Positions 19,925 through 29,006 of a stretch of DNA of 64,000 nucleotides are shown here, in pieces; within the stretch, counting starts at the first letter, position 1, and each line of letters starts with the position of its first letter. A program made the position numbers and the translations under genes. This DNA is from an uncultured Gemmatimonadales bacterium. Its GTDB lineage: Bacteria; Gemmatimonadota; Gemmatimonadetes; Gemmatimonadales; GWC2-71-9. The stretch spans positions 1,097,080-1,161,079 of the forward strand of contig CAVVHO010000005.1 in the NCBI GenBank assembly GCA_963748035.1, in the 5' to 3' direction. Below the pieces are notes generated by a model. It saw only the letters and a list, made by a program, of their open reading frames with translations. It made no database searches and was not told the DNA's origin.

Positions 19925-21297
19925 TGTACCAACTCCCGACCGACACGGGTAACGTCGCCGGCGCCAAGAGTAATCACGACGTCACCGGGCTGGGCAACCT
20001 CGAGAATCCGATCTCGGAGGCGGGCCTTGTCGGCTTCGAATACCACCGTGGCTCCGGCTCGCTCTGCTGCCGCCGCAACAGATCGTCCGCTTACACCGGG
20101 CATCGGCTGTTCCCGGGCGGCGTAGATCTCCGTCACGATGGCGACATCCGCAGCCGCCAGCGCCCGCCCCATGGCCTCACCATGTTCCGCCGTCCGGGAG
20201 AACAGGTGCGGCTGGAACACCGCGATGATGCGTCGTCCCGGGAAGGCCTGTCGGGCCGCGGCGAGTGTGGCGACCAACTCCGAGGGGTGATGCGCATAGT
20301 CATCCACGAAACCAATGCCCCGCACTTCGCCCAGTCTCTCGAAGCGCCGGCCGAGCCCTCGGTACCTCGCGAGTGCCTCGAGAGCGGGCTCCACTGGTCC
20401 CCCGAGAGCGAGGACGACGCCCAGCGCCCCGGTGGCGTTGCGGAGATTGTGGAGTCCCGGCACCACGAGCCGGAGCACGACACGCCGCCGATCCGGCAGG
20501 GTCAGGTTTGCCCGACTCCCATCCGGCCCCAGTTCCACGTCGCTCAATTTCAGATCATTCCCTTCAAATCCGAAGGTCCAGACGTTCTCCGCGAGCCGAG
20601 CCGCCGACTCACCTAGGCGCCGGGCCAGGCGGCGAGCCCCGGGATCATCGGCGCCAAGCAGAGCGTATTCCGCTCGTCCAGCGAATAGCGCGAATGCCTC
20701 CTCCAGCGCGTCGAGGCTGCCATAGCATTCGAGGTGATCGGCTTCGATGTTATTCACCACCGCAACACTCGGCCGGAGAGTAAGAAAGGCCTGGTCGTAT
20801 TCGTCAGCCTCAACCACAAACAGGCGATCGCCGCCGAGTTTGGCATTGCCGCCCCAATCAGCCACCCGGCCGCCGGCGAGCCCGGTGGGATCGAGGCCGG
20901 CGGCCGAAAGAGCCTCGGTCGCCATCACCGTCGTGGTGGACTTGCCGTGGGTGCCGGCGAGCGCGGCCAAGCGCGCGTCGTTGACGAGATCGGCGAGGGC
21001 CTGTTTCCGCGCGACGACCGGCACACCCAAGGCTCGGGCTCGCGCGAGTTCGGGATGATCGGCGGGGACCGCAGCGGTGACAATCAGGGCGCGCGCGCCC
21101 TCGACGTGGGCGGGATCGTGACCGGTGAAGATCTGGGCGCCGAGTGCTGCGACGTCCGCGGCACCGGAAGGATCGGGGTCGCACCCGCTGACTGCCACCC
21201 CTCGGCGGCGCGCCACGAGCGCCAGTGCGCTCATGCCAGCGCCCCCAACGCCCACGAAGTGCACTGGGCGGGGGTCGGCGGGGTCGAACAGCTCCAT
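19906..21297 (-). CDS. murC: UDP-N-acetylmuramate--L-alanine ligase
   Basis: VHFVGVGGAGMSALA..LAGTHGKSTTT..Mur ligase central and C-terminal domains. Confidence 0.95.
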   Translation of the reverse strand: MELFDPADPRPVHFVGVGGAGMSALALVARRRGVAVSGCDPDPSGAADVAALGAQIFTGHDPAHVEGARALIVTAAVPADHPELARARALGVPVVARKQALADLVNDARLAALAGTHGKSTTTVMATEALSAAGLDPTGLAGGRVADWGGNAKLGGDRLFVVEADEYDQAFLTLRPSVAVVNNIEADHLECYGSLDALEEAFALFAGRAEYALLGADDPGARRLARRLGESAARLAENVWTFGFEGNDLKLSDVELGPDGSRANLTLPDRRRVVLRLVVPGLHNLRNATGALGVVLALGGPVEPALEALARYRGLGRRFERLGEVRGIGFVDDYAHHPSELVATLAAARQAFPGRRIIAVFQPHLFSRTAEHGEAMGRALAAADVAIVTEIYAAREQPMPGVSGRSVAAAAERAGATVVFEADKARLRDRILEVAQPGDVVITLGAGDVTRVGRELVQWLQAA

Positions 21298-21339
21298 TGG
21301 TGGGCTAATCTAAACCCCCACCGTGAGTTGCGAAACCCT

Positions 21340-22491
21340 TCAGACCCCCAGAAGCGCGAGGAAATGGGCCACGATTTCGTCCGCCGCAGCCGGCCTTCCA
21401 CGACTTCGAGCCACTTCCGCCATCCCGCGCAGCCGATCGCGATCGCCGAGCAGGCTGCCGACGACTTCTCCCAGCCTCGCCGGCGACAGATCCCGCTGCA
21501 GAATCATCACCGAGGCCCCAGCGGCGGCCAACGCCTCGGCATTGAAGCGCTGATGATCCTCGGCGGCCGTGGGCAGCGGAATCAGCACTGATGGAATCCC
21601 CCACGCGCAGAGCTCTGCACCCGTCATCATCCCAGCCCGTCCAATCGCGAGGTCCGCGACCGAGTACCCATCCGCGATGGGATCAAGGAAGTCGAACACC
21701 TGGACGGTTGGCGGTCGATGGTAACGCGCGAACCGCGCGTAACTCCCCCGCCCCGTGGCCCACAAGATGGTGATCCCGACCTCCCCGGGTGCTCTCGCAT
21801 CGAGCCAGCCAGCCACGGCGTCGTTGATCGCGAGCGCGCCCTGACTTCCGCCGGTGATCAGTACAACTGCCCTGATCGCCAGCTCAGCCCCGTCCAGGCC
21901 GAAGCGGGCAAGAGCCGCGGCTCGTCGCGCTGGGTCTGGCGGGGGAATTGGATTGCCGGTATCGAAGACTTCGGTGCTTGGACCAAACTTCAGCCTGGGA
22001 CGCGCCTCCGGCAGGCCGAGGTAAACCTGGCCCACCCGGCGGGAAAACAAGCGAGTGGCCAATCCGGGAAACGCGTTCTGCTCCTGGATAGCGGTGGGAA
22101 TGCCTCGCCTTCTGGCAAACCAGACCGCCGGTGCCGAGGCATAGCCACCGGTACCAAGCACCCCAACAGGATGCTCGGCGGAGAAGACCTCGGCGAGCCG
22201 ACCGGCCAGCCTGGCGGCAGTAACGGGCCAACGCAGGTTCTTCCACCACTGACGACGGTAGAGCGGTTCTACTGGCAGGAGATGAAAACGGAAGTCGCGC
22301 CCCGGCAGTAGCGTGGCCTCAATCCCACGCTCGGCACCGACCAGCACTGGCTCGATGTCCGGACGCCGGTCGCGGAGCCGGCTCGCGATGGCGAGTGCCG
22401 GCATCAGGTGGCCGCCGGTGCCACCGCCCGCAATGAGCACGACGCGACGACGCGGCGACGCAGCGGCAGGTCGGCTCGAAACGTTCGGCAT
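21340..22491 (-). CDS. murG: undecaprenyl-PP-MurNAc-pentapeptide GlcNAc transferase
   Basis: VVLIAGGGTGGHLMPALA..ITGGSQGA..GRAGMMTGAELCAWGIPSVLIPLP. Confidence 0.95.
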   Translation of the reverse strand: MPNVSSRPAAASPRRRVVLIAGGGTGGHLMPALAIASRLRDRRPDIEPVLVGAERGIEATLLPGRDFRFHLLPVEPLYRRQWWKNLRWPVTAARLAGRLAEVFSAEHPVGVLGTGGYASAPAVWFARRRGIPTAIQEQNAFPGLATRLFSRRVGQVYLGLPEARPRLKFGPSTEVFDTGNPIPPPDPARRAAALARFGLDGAELAIRAVVLITGGSQGALAINDAVAGWLDARAPGEVGITILWATGRGSYARFARYHRPPTVQVFDFLDPIADGYSVADLAIGRAGMMTGAELCAWGIPSVLIPLPTAAEDHQRFNAEALAAAGASVMILQRDLSPARLGEVVGSLLGDRDRLRGMAEVARSRGRPAAADEIVAHFLALLGV

Positions 22492-22503
22492 CCGCGGCGC
22501 GGG

Positions 22504-23673
22504 TCAGGCGCCTGGGATCGAACTGCCGGGTCGGCGAGCCGCTGAGCTCCCGAGCCGGCGCTCTCGCATCCGCCCGATGTTGATGAGAATCCCCACGCCC
22601 AGCAGTGAGACCACCAGGCTCGAGCGGCCGGAGGAGACAAACGGCAGCGTGAGGCCCGTCGTCGGCATGAGGCTCAGGCTGACCGCCATGTGCATGAGGG
22701 CGGTTACGCCGACGGCGGCGGTGAGGCCGGTGGCGAGGTACTGTCCGAATGGGTCCGCGGCGGTGCGCGCGATTCTGAACCCGAGCCAGCAAAAGACTCC
22801 AAACAGGAGCAGCATCAGCACAATTCCCAGAAACCCCCACTCCTCCCCGATGGCGCTGAAGATGAAGTCGGAGTACGCGTACGGCAGGTAGCCGAATTTC
22901 TGCTGCCCTTGTCCGAAGCCCACGCCGAGGAGTCGCCCGGATCCGATGCCAACGAGAGATTGATGAATCTGGCTCGTGGCCTCGGCGCCATTGAGGAATT
23001 TGTCGATCCGATCAGCGCGGTATCCAGCGAGCTGAATGAGTTGCAGCCCTCCGATGACGGTACCCGTGCCCAGGAGCAAGAAGTGCCCGATCTTCGCGCC
23101 AGCGGTGAACAGCACGATGCCACCCAAGAGGGCCACGAGCACGGCCATGGACATGTTAGGCTGCAGCAGGATCAGCAACGAGGTGAAGCCAAGGATGAGG
23201 ACGAACGGGACCACGCCTTTCTTGAATTGCCGGACCTGTTCTCCCTTCTTGGTCGCAAGCATGGCGCACCAGATGATGACCGCCAGGCGCGCTAGCTCCG
23301 AAGTCTGGAAACTGACCGGGCCGATGCGGACCCATCGCCGGGCACCATTCAGTTTCGGGGCGATACTGTGCGTGAACGGCAGCACGGTCAGCAGCACCAG
23401 AAAAAGCGCGCCCAGCATGATCGGCCAGGCCAACGGGCGGAGCTTGCGATAATCGAGATGAGAAAACACGAGCATCATGAAGCCGCCGGCCAGGGCGCCC
23501 GTGAACTGAATCAGGGCGTACGCCCCCCCCACGACGCCATCCTTGGTGGGAATGAGGCTCGACGCGCCGTAGATCGTCGCGATACCAAACGCGACCAGGG
23601 TTGCCGTTACGACTGCCAGCAGCCGGGTCTCCCAGCGCAGCTCGGCGGGATGCTGAATGGGAGGCGCGGTCAT
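22504..23673 (-). CDS. ftsW: lipid II flippase / SEDS glycosyltransferase FtsW
   Basis: Polytopic. FQTSELARLAVIIW..QLIQLAGYRADRI..GQQKFGYLPYAYSDFIFSAIGEEWGF..PFVSSGRSS. Confidence 0.93.
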   Translation of the reverse strand: MTAPPIQHPAELRWETRLLAVVTATLVAFGIATIYGASSLIPTKDGVVGGAYALIQFTGALAGGFMMLVFSHLDYRKLRPLAWPIMLGALFLVLLTVLPFTHSIAPKLNGARRWVRIGPVSFQTSELARLAVIIWCAMLATKKGEQVRQFKKGVVPFVLILGFTSLLILLQPNMSMAVLVALLGGIVLFTAGAKIGHFLLLGTGTVIGGLQLIQLAGYRADRIDKFLNGAEATSQIHQSLVGIGSGRLLGVGFGQGQQKFGYLPYAYSDFIFSAIGEEWGFLGIVLMLLLFGVFCWLGFRIARTAADPFGQYLATGLTAAVGVTALMHMAVSLSLMPTTGLTLPFVSSGRSSLVVSLLGVGILINIGRMRERRLGSSAARRPGSSIPGA

Positions 23674-23680
23674 GCTTGAA

Positions 23681-25039
23681 TCAAGCGGCCTCTACCGCCG
23701 CGCGGAACTGCGACCCGCGATCTTCATAGTTCTGAAACATGTCATAGCTGGAACAGGCGGGTGAAAGGAGCACGGCATCGCCCGGCTGCGCCAACCGGCG
23801 CGCCTCGGCCAGGACCTGGCCAAAGTCGGTCCCTGCGTCCACTACCCGGAGTGCCTTTCCGAGGTCGCGAACGATCAGTTCGCGCGATTCACCATATGCG
23901 ATCACCCCGCGGCAGCGCGACCCCGCCTCGGCGAGCGCGGTGTAGGGTTCCCCTTTGTGGCGGCCGCCGAGCAGGAGTACGAACGGCCGATCCATCGCCT
24001 GCATCGCCACCAGTGTGGAGGCGACATTGGTCGCCTTGGAGTCGTTGATCCAGAGCACCCCGTTCACGGTCCGGATCGGTTCCATCCGGTGTGGCAAGGC
24101 TCGGAAGGACCGCAGCCCCTCGCGAATCCGATCCAGGGGGGCCCCCGCCCGCCTGGCAATCAACGACGCGCACAAGGCGTTCGCGACGTTGTGATCGCCG
24201 AACAGGGTGAGATCATCCCTGGCGACAAGCTGATCCCCGGCAAGCATCAATGCCCTGGCCTCGCGATCATACCACCCATCCGCCTTTCGCCGCACACTGA
24301 ATCGCAACCGTTCCCCGGCTTTCCCATCGGCCCGGCGCTCCACTTCCGGGTCATCCTCGTTGATAACCCACGAAGAGGCGGGCGTGGCATGCAGGTAAAG
24401 CCTGTCCTTATCGCCGTAGTACTCTGCGAGCGTTGCGTACCGGTCGAGGTGGTCGGGCGCGAGATTAGTCATGGCGCCGATCGTCGGAACGAGATCGTGA
24501 GTGTCATGAAGCTGGAACGAAGAGATCTCAAGGGCGATCCACTGCGGGCGCTCGCCGTCCATCGCCACCTGTGCCAGCGGGCGACCGATATTGCCGGCTT
24601 CGAGCGCCCGGAAGCCTCCAGCCTTGAGCAGGTGGCCGGCGAGTGCGGTGGTCGTCGTCTTGCCATTGGTCCCAGTGACGACCGCGAAGTTCACTCCCGG
24701 AAGCGCCGCGTATCCCACATCGACCTCGGAGACGACCGCGACGCCCGCGCCGCGCGCCGCCGCCACCGGCTGGGCATCCGGTGGCACGCCCGGAGACACA
24801 ACACACAGACCCGCGTGCGCGATACGCGCCAGATCATGCCCGCCGAGGGCGACTTCCGCGCCGGCGCGTCGCAGGGCGGCGAGCCCTTCATCACCTACCG
24901 ACTTGTCCGGCTTGGTGGCGCGGTCGGAAGCGTAGACCCGCACCCCCTCTCTCCTGAGCAACAGACCAGCGGCCACTCCGCTCCTCGCGAGTCCGATGAC
25001 CGCGGCCTCTCCGCTGGCGCGCCAGCGCGCGAAGCTCAT
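23681..25039 (-). CDS. murD: UDP-N-acetylmuramoylalanine--D-glutamate ligase
   Basis: VIGLARSGVAA..VVTGTNGKTTTTAL..NDSKATN. Confidence 0.95.
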   Translation of the reverse strand: MSFARWRASGEAAVIGLARSGVAAGLLLRREGVRVYASDRATKPDKSVGDEGLAALRRAGAEVALGGHDLARIAHAGLCVVSPGVPPDAQPVAAARGAGVAVVSEVDVGYAALPGVNFAVVTGTNGKTTTTALAGHLLKAGGFRALEAGNIGRPLAQVAMDGERPQWIALEISSFQLHDTHDLVPTIGAMTNLAPDHLDRYATLAEYYGDKDRLYLHATPASSWVINEDDPEVERRADGKAGERLRFSVRRKADGWYDREARALMLAGDQLVARDDLTLFGDHNVANALCASLIARRAGAPLDRIREGLRSFRALPHRMEPIRTVNGVLWINDSKATNVASTLVAMQAMDRPFVLLLGGRHKGEPYTALAEAGSRCRGVIAYGESRELIVRDLGKALRVVDAGTDFGQVLAEARRLAQPGDAVLLSPACSSYDMFQNYEDRGSQFRAAVEAA

Positions 25040-26163
25040 CGGAGCTTGAGGGTAGCGAGCGCAACCATCGCGCAGAAGATGCCGAGGATGTAGAACCGGG
25101 TCACGACCGTACTCTCATGCCAACCCAGTTTCTCGAAGTGGTGATGCAGCGGCGCCATTCGGAATACTCGGTGGGCGTCCGCGTATTCCTTCCCTCGGGT
25201 GCGCTTGAACCACTTGTACACCCCGGTCTGCAGCATCACCGAGACGGCCTCCGCCGCGAAGACTCCACCGATAATGAGCAGCAGAAACTCGGCCTTTAGC
25301 AGGATGGCCACAGTGCCGAAGGCACCTCCCAGCGCCAAGCTCCCGGTGTCGCCCATGAACACCTGAGCAGGGTGGGCGTTGAACCAGAGGAAACCTATGC
25401 AGCCGCCGAGCAGCGCCCCACAGAAGACCGATAGCTCGCCGGCCCCCGGCAGATAGAAGAGGTTGAGGTAGGCGGTGGCGTCCACGCGTCCCAGGATGTA
25501 AGCGAACAGCGCAAAGGCGCCGGCGGCGATCGCGGAGAGCCCGGTAGCCAGTCCATCCAGCCCGTCGGTGAGATTGACCGCGTTGCTACTCCCGGTGATC
25601 ACCGTTGTCACGAAAGCCACGTAAGCCCAGGACGCGAACTGCACGATGACGAACTTGAAGAACGGAACCGTTGTGGCCTCCGCAGGTATCGTGTCGGCCG
25701 GCACCACCGGGAAGTACAGCAACAGCGTACCCAGAATCACTCCGAAGCTCACCTGCCCCACCAGTTTCCATTTTGCGACGAGTCCCCGGGACTTTCCTTC
25801 GACGATCTTGAGGTAGTCGTCGATAAACCCGATGCCGCCCATCCAGAGCATGGACAGGAGGGCGAACAGCACGAACCGATTGGTGAGCGGCGCCCAGAGC
25901 AGCGTCGCCATCACCGTCGAAAACAGGATGATCACCCCGCCCATGGTCGGGGTTCCACGCTTCCCCTGGTGGGTGGTTGGCCCTTCCACCCGGATCACCT
26001 GCCCGATCTTCTTTGCCCGGAGCCGCCCGATGATCGCCGGCCCCACCAGGAACGCCAGCAGGATGGCGGTGACCGTGGCCGCCGCTGCGCGGAAGCTGAT
26101 GTAATTGAGAAGATTGAACAGCAGAAACTTCTTGCCCAGCGGCGAGAGCAGGTGATAGAACAC
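25036..26163 (-). CDS. mraY: phospho-N-acetylmuramoyl-pentapeptide transferase
   Basis: HQGKRGTPTMGGVII..IGFIDDYLKI..NAVNLTDGLDGLA..MGDTGSLALGG..APLHHHFE. Confidence 0.96.
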   Translation of the reverse strand: MFYHLLSPLGKKFLLFNLLNYISFRAAAATVTAILLAFLVGPAIIGRLRAKKIGQVIRVEGPTTHQGKRGTPTMGGVIILFSTVMATLLWAPLTNRFVLFALLSMLWMGGIGFIDDYLKIVEGKSRGLVAKWKLVGQVSFGVILGTLLLYFPVVPADTIPAEATTVPFFKFVIVQFASWAYVAFVTTVITGSSNAVNLTDGLDGLATGLSAIAAGAFALFAYILGRVDATAYLNLFYLPGAGELSVFCGALLGGCIGFLWFNAHPAQVFMGDTGSLALGGAFGTVAILLKAEFLLLIIGGVFAAEAVSVMLQTGVYKWFKRTRGKEYADAHRVFRMAPLHHHFEKLGWHESTVVTRFYILGIFCAMVALATLKLR

Positions 26164-26169
26164 GGGCCC

Positions 26170-27543
26170 TCAGTGTGTCGGGTGATCCTGACCGGTGAGG
26201 TAGGGAAGTATACGCTCCAACGCCGCGCCGCGGGATGCTTTCAGGAACACGAGTTCGTCGCCGTGCAGTCGCCCCTTGAGCAGCGGTCCCATTGCATCAG
26301 CATCCGGCGCCGTCAGCAGTCGATCTCCCAGCTTGGCGGCGTAGAGTTGCAGGACAGGGACAAACTCCCCCACAGCCGCGATCAGGTCGGGGGCAAGCCC
26401 CACAAGCGCGTTGGCGATGGCCGCATGATGCCGACTGGATTCGCTCCCAAGTTCGCGCATGGTGCCCGCGACGAACACGAGCCGCCGACCTCCCCGCATC
26501 GCCCGGGCGGTACCGATGGCCGCCATGAACGAGGCGGGGTTCGCATTGTATGCATCGTTGACAATCGTGAGGCCAGCCGCGTCGATGACCTCTCCCCGCC
26601 CACCGGGGATCCTCAGGCTTCGGAGGGCCTCCGCGGCACGCGCCGGATCGATACCCAACTCCTGACCGAGCGCCCAGGCCAACATCGCATTGGCGGCCTG
26701 ATGCAGGCCCAAGAGAGGCAGGCGGATCCGTTGTCCATCCACCGCAAGGGTGGCCCGACCGGTCGAGTCCACCGTCGCCGATTGCGGAACCAGGTCGGCA
26801 CGGGCCAAGCCTGCCGTGAGCACCCGCTGCGCTCGCTTGCGCGCGCCCTCGGCCAGTGCGGGTGGATCGGTGCCCACGATGGACAACGGTACCTCGTCAA
26901 GCAGATCCAGCTCTTCCTCCAGGACTCCTTCGAGCGTGCCGAACCCGTCCAAGTGGGACACAAGAACATTGGTCGTCACCGCGATGGTCGGCTCGATGAT
27001 AGACCTCGCGCGGGCCAACTCTCCTCGCACGCTGGCGCCGGCCTCGATGACGAGGGCCTCGGTGCCGAGTGGTGCCGAGAGGATCGTCTTGGGGATGCCG
27101 ACCAGGTTGTTGTCGTTGGCTGGGGTCGCGTGGACTCGATACCGGGTGGCCAGAATCGCGGCACACATCTCCTTTGTGCTGGTCTTGCCGTTGGCTCCGC
27201 CGATCGCGATCACCGGCCCCGCGATCGTCCTTCGCTTGGCTCGCGCCAGGAGGCCGTAGGCGCCAAGCGTATCGCCGACTCGATAGAGCGTGAGCCCCGG
27301 GACCTCAGGAGTCCCTGCACGCACGACCGCGCCGACCGCGCCAGCCGCCTGTGCGGCCGCGAGATGCTCGTGCCCGTCGAATCGGTCCCCCTTGAGCGCC
27401 ACGAACAGCGCATCGGGCTTGATCGTGCGGGTGTCGGTGGAGATCTCCGCATACGCATCGGGCTGCCGGCCATCACCGGAAACCTGGACTTCGGATCCAT
27501 CGCCAAGAACTTGCCGAATCGCCGCCGGAGTCCAGACGATCAC
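26170..27543 (-). CDS. murF: UDP-MurNAc-tripeptide--D-Ala-D-Ala ligase
   Basis: DTRTIKPDALFVALKGDRFDGHE..AIGGANGKTSTKEM..NDAYNANP. Confidence 0.94.
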   Translation of the reverse strand: MIVWTPAAIRQVLGDGSEVQVSGDGRQPDAYAEISTDTRTIKPDALFVALKGDRFDGHEHLAAAQAAGAVGAVVRAGTPEVPGLTLYRVGDTLGAYGLLARAKRRTIAGPVIAIGGANGKTSTKEMCAAILATRYRVHATPANDNNLVGIPKTILSAPLGTEALVIEAGASVRGELARARSIIEPTIAVTTNVLVSHLDGFGTLEGVLEEELDLLDEVPLSIVGTDPPALAEGARKRAQRVLTAGLARADLVPQSATVDSTGRATLAVDGQRIRLPLLGLHQAANAMLAWALGQELGIDPARAAEALRSLRIPGGRGEVIDAAGLTIVNDAYNANPASFMAAIGTARAMRGGRRLVFVAGTMRELGSESSRHHAAIANALVGLAPDLIAAVGEFVPVLQLYAAKLGDRLLTAPDADAMGPLLKGRLHGDELVFLKASRGAALERILPYLTGQDHPTH

Positions 27544-29006
27544 CGGGCGCCCAGCCCGATCACGATCTCACGCTCATCGAACGGCACCTTCACGGTGCCG
27601 ATGACCTGATAGGTCTCATGTCCCTTGCCCGCGAGCAGCACCGTGTCGCCCTCCCGCGCGGCCTGGAGCGCGGCCGCGATGGCTGCGTGGCGGTCGGCGT
27701 GGCGTTCATGGGGAACTTCGCCCATGCCCTGCTCCACTTCATCAATGATTCGATCCGGATCTTCGGTGCGCGGGTTGTCCGAGGTGACGATGGCCCTGTC
27801 GGCGAGCGTAGCCGCGATTCTCCCCATCACCGCGCGCTTTCCGCGGTCGCGATCGCCTCCGCACCCGAAAACCACGAGCAGACGACCGGGCGTGAGTGGG
27901 CGGAGCGCCATGAGCGCCCGTTCCAGCGCGTCGGGGGTATGGGCATAGTCACGCAGGATGACCGCTGGTCGTTCGGCAATGCGCTCCATCCGTCCCGGGA
28001 CCTGGGGGACGTTCGCCAGGCGCTCCGCGATGACTTCCAACGGAACGCCAAGCGCATTGGCCGCAGCGGCGGCGGCAAGCGCGTTCGACACGTTGAAGTC
28101 GCCTAACAGGGGCAGGTGCACGATGGCGCGCCCGGCAGGCGTGACCAGCCGAAACGTGGTCCCCGCGTTACCGAGTTGCAGCTCCTCTGCTCGCACTTCG
28201 GCGGTGCCACTCAGGCCGTACACGATCCGACGTTGACGGGCGGGGAGCACCTGCCAGGCCGAATCGTCGGCGTTGACCACCTGCACGCCGTCCGCAGCCA
28301 GTAGCCCATCCAGTTTGAGCTTGGCGGCAAGGTAGCTCTCCATCGTACCGTGATAATCCAGGTGATCCCGAGTCAGGTTGGTGAAGATCCCGGCGGCGAA
28401 GCTGAGTCCATCCAGCCGGCCCTGATCGAGGCTGTGGGACGAGGTTTCCATCGCCACATGCGTCACGCCTCGGACCACCAGCTGGGCGAGGGTCGCCTGC
28501 AGGTCGATTGGCCCCGGAGTAGTGAGAGAACCGGCCGTAGAGTCGACCGACCGACCGGCACCGTCAAAGGCGCCCAGCGTTCCGATGCTGCCGGCGGTAC
28601 CACTTCCATTAAGCAGATGCCGGGTCAGAGCGGTCGTGGTGGTCTTGCCGTTCGTCCCAGTCACGCCGACAAGCTTCAGCCTGGTGGCCGGGTCGCGGAA
28701 CCAGGCACGACCCAGCACAATGGCGGCACGGCGGCCGTCCGCCACTATCAGTTCAGGAATCCCCGAGCCCGCGGGCTGCTCCACAACTGCCGCGACGGCC
28801 CCGCGTCGGGCGGCGTCAGCCACGAAGCGGTGCCCGTCGGACTGGGAGCCGCGGACAGCGACGTAGACCATGCCGGCGGTGGTGGCGCGGCTATCCGCAG
28901 TTACCCCCGCAACCGGCAGATCCGTCGGGGGGGCCCCGACCAGCAATCCTTCCCGCCGAAGGGCCGCAGCCAACTCCACGATGGAGCGGGTTGTCATTCG
29001 GCCCAC
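27540..29006 (-). CDS. murE: UDP-MurNAc-L-Ala-D-Glu--2,6-diaminopimelate ligase
   Basis: VTADSRATTAGMVYVAVRGSQSDGHRF..VTGTNGKTTTT..DYAHTPDAL..GCGGDRDRGKR (DNPR-type: SDNPRTEDP). Confidence 0.94.
   Translation of the reverse strand: MGRMTTRSIVELAAALRREGLLVGAPPTDLPVAGVTADSRATTAGMVYVAVRGSQSDGHRFVADAARRGAVAAVVEQPAGSGIPELIVADGRRAAIVLGRAWFRDPATRLKLVGVTGTNGKTTTTALTRHLLNGSGTAGSIGTLGAFDGAGRSVDSTAGSLTTPGPIDLQATLAQLVVRGVTHVAMETSSHSLDQGRLDGLSFAAGIFTNLTRDHLDYHGTMESYLAAKLKLDGLLAADGVQVVNADDSAWQVLPARQRRIVYGLSGTAEVRAEELQLGNAGTTFRLVTPAGRAIVHLPLLGDFNVSNALAAAAAANALGVPLEVIAERLANVPQVPGRMERIAERPAVILRDYAHTPDALERALMALRPLTPGRLLVVFGCGGDRDRGKRAVMGRIAATLADRAIVTSDNPRTEDPDRIIDEVEQGMGEVPHERHADRHAAIAAALQAAREGDTVLLAGKGHETYQVIGTVKVPFDEREIVIGLGAR

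Noticed and set aside
25969-27609. 546-aa plus-strand ORF
   Set aside because: Antisense to mraY/murF, whose motifs are unambiguous. Low-complexity Arg/Gly/Pro composition typical of high-GC antisense frames.
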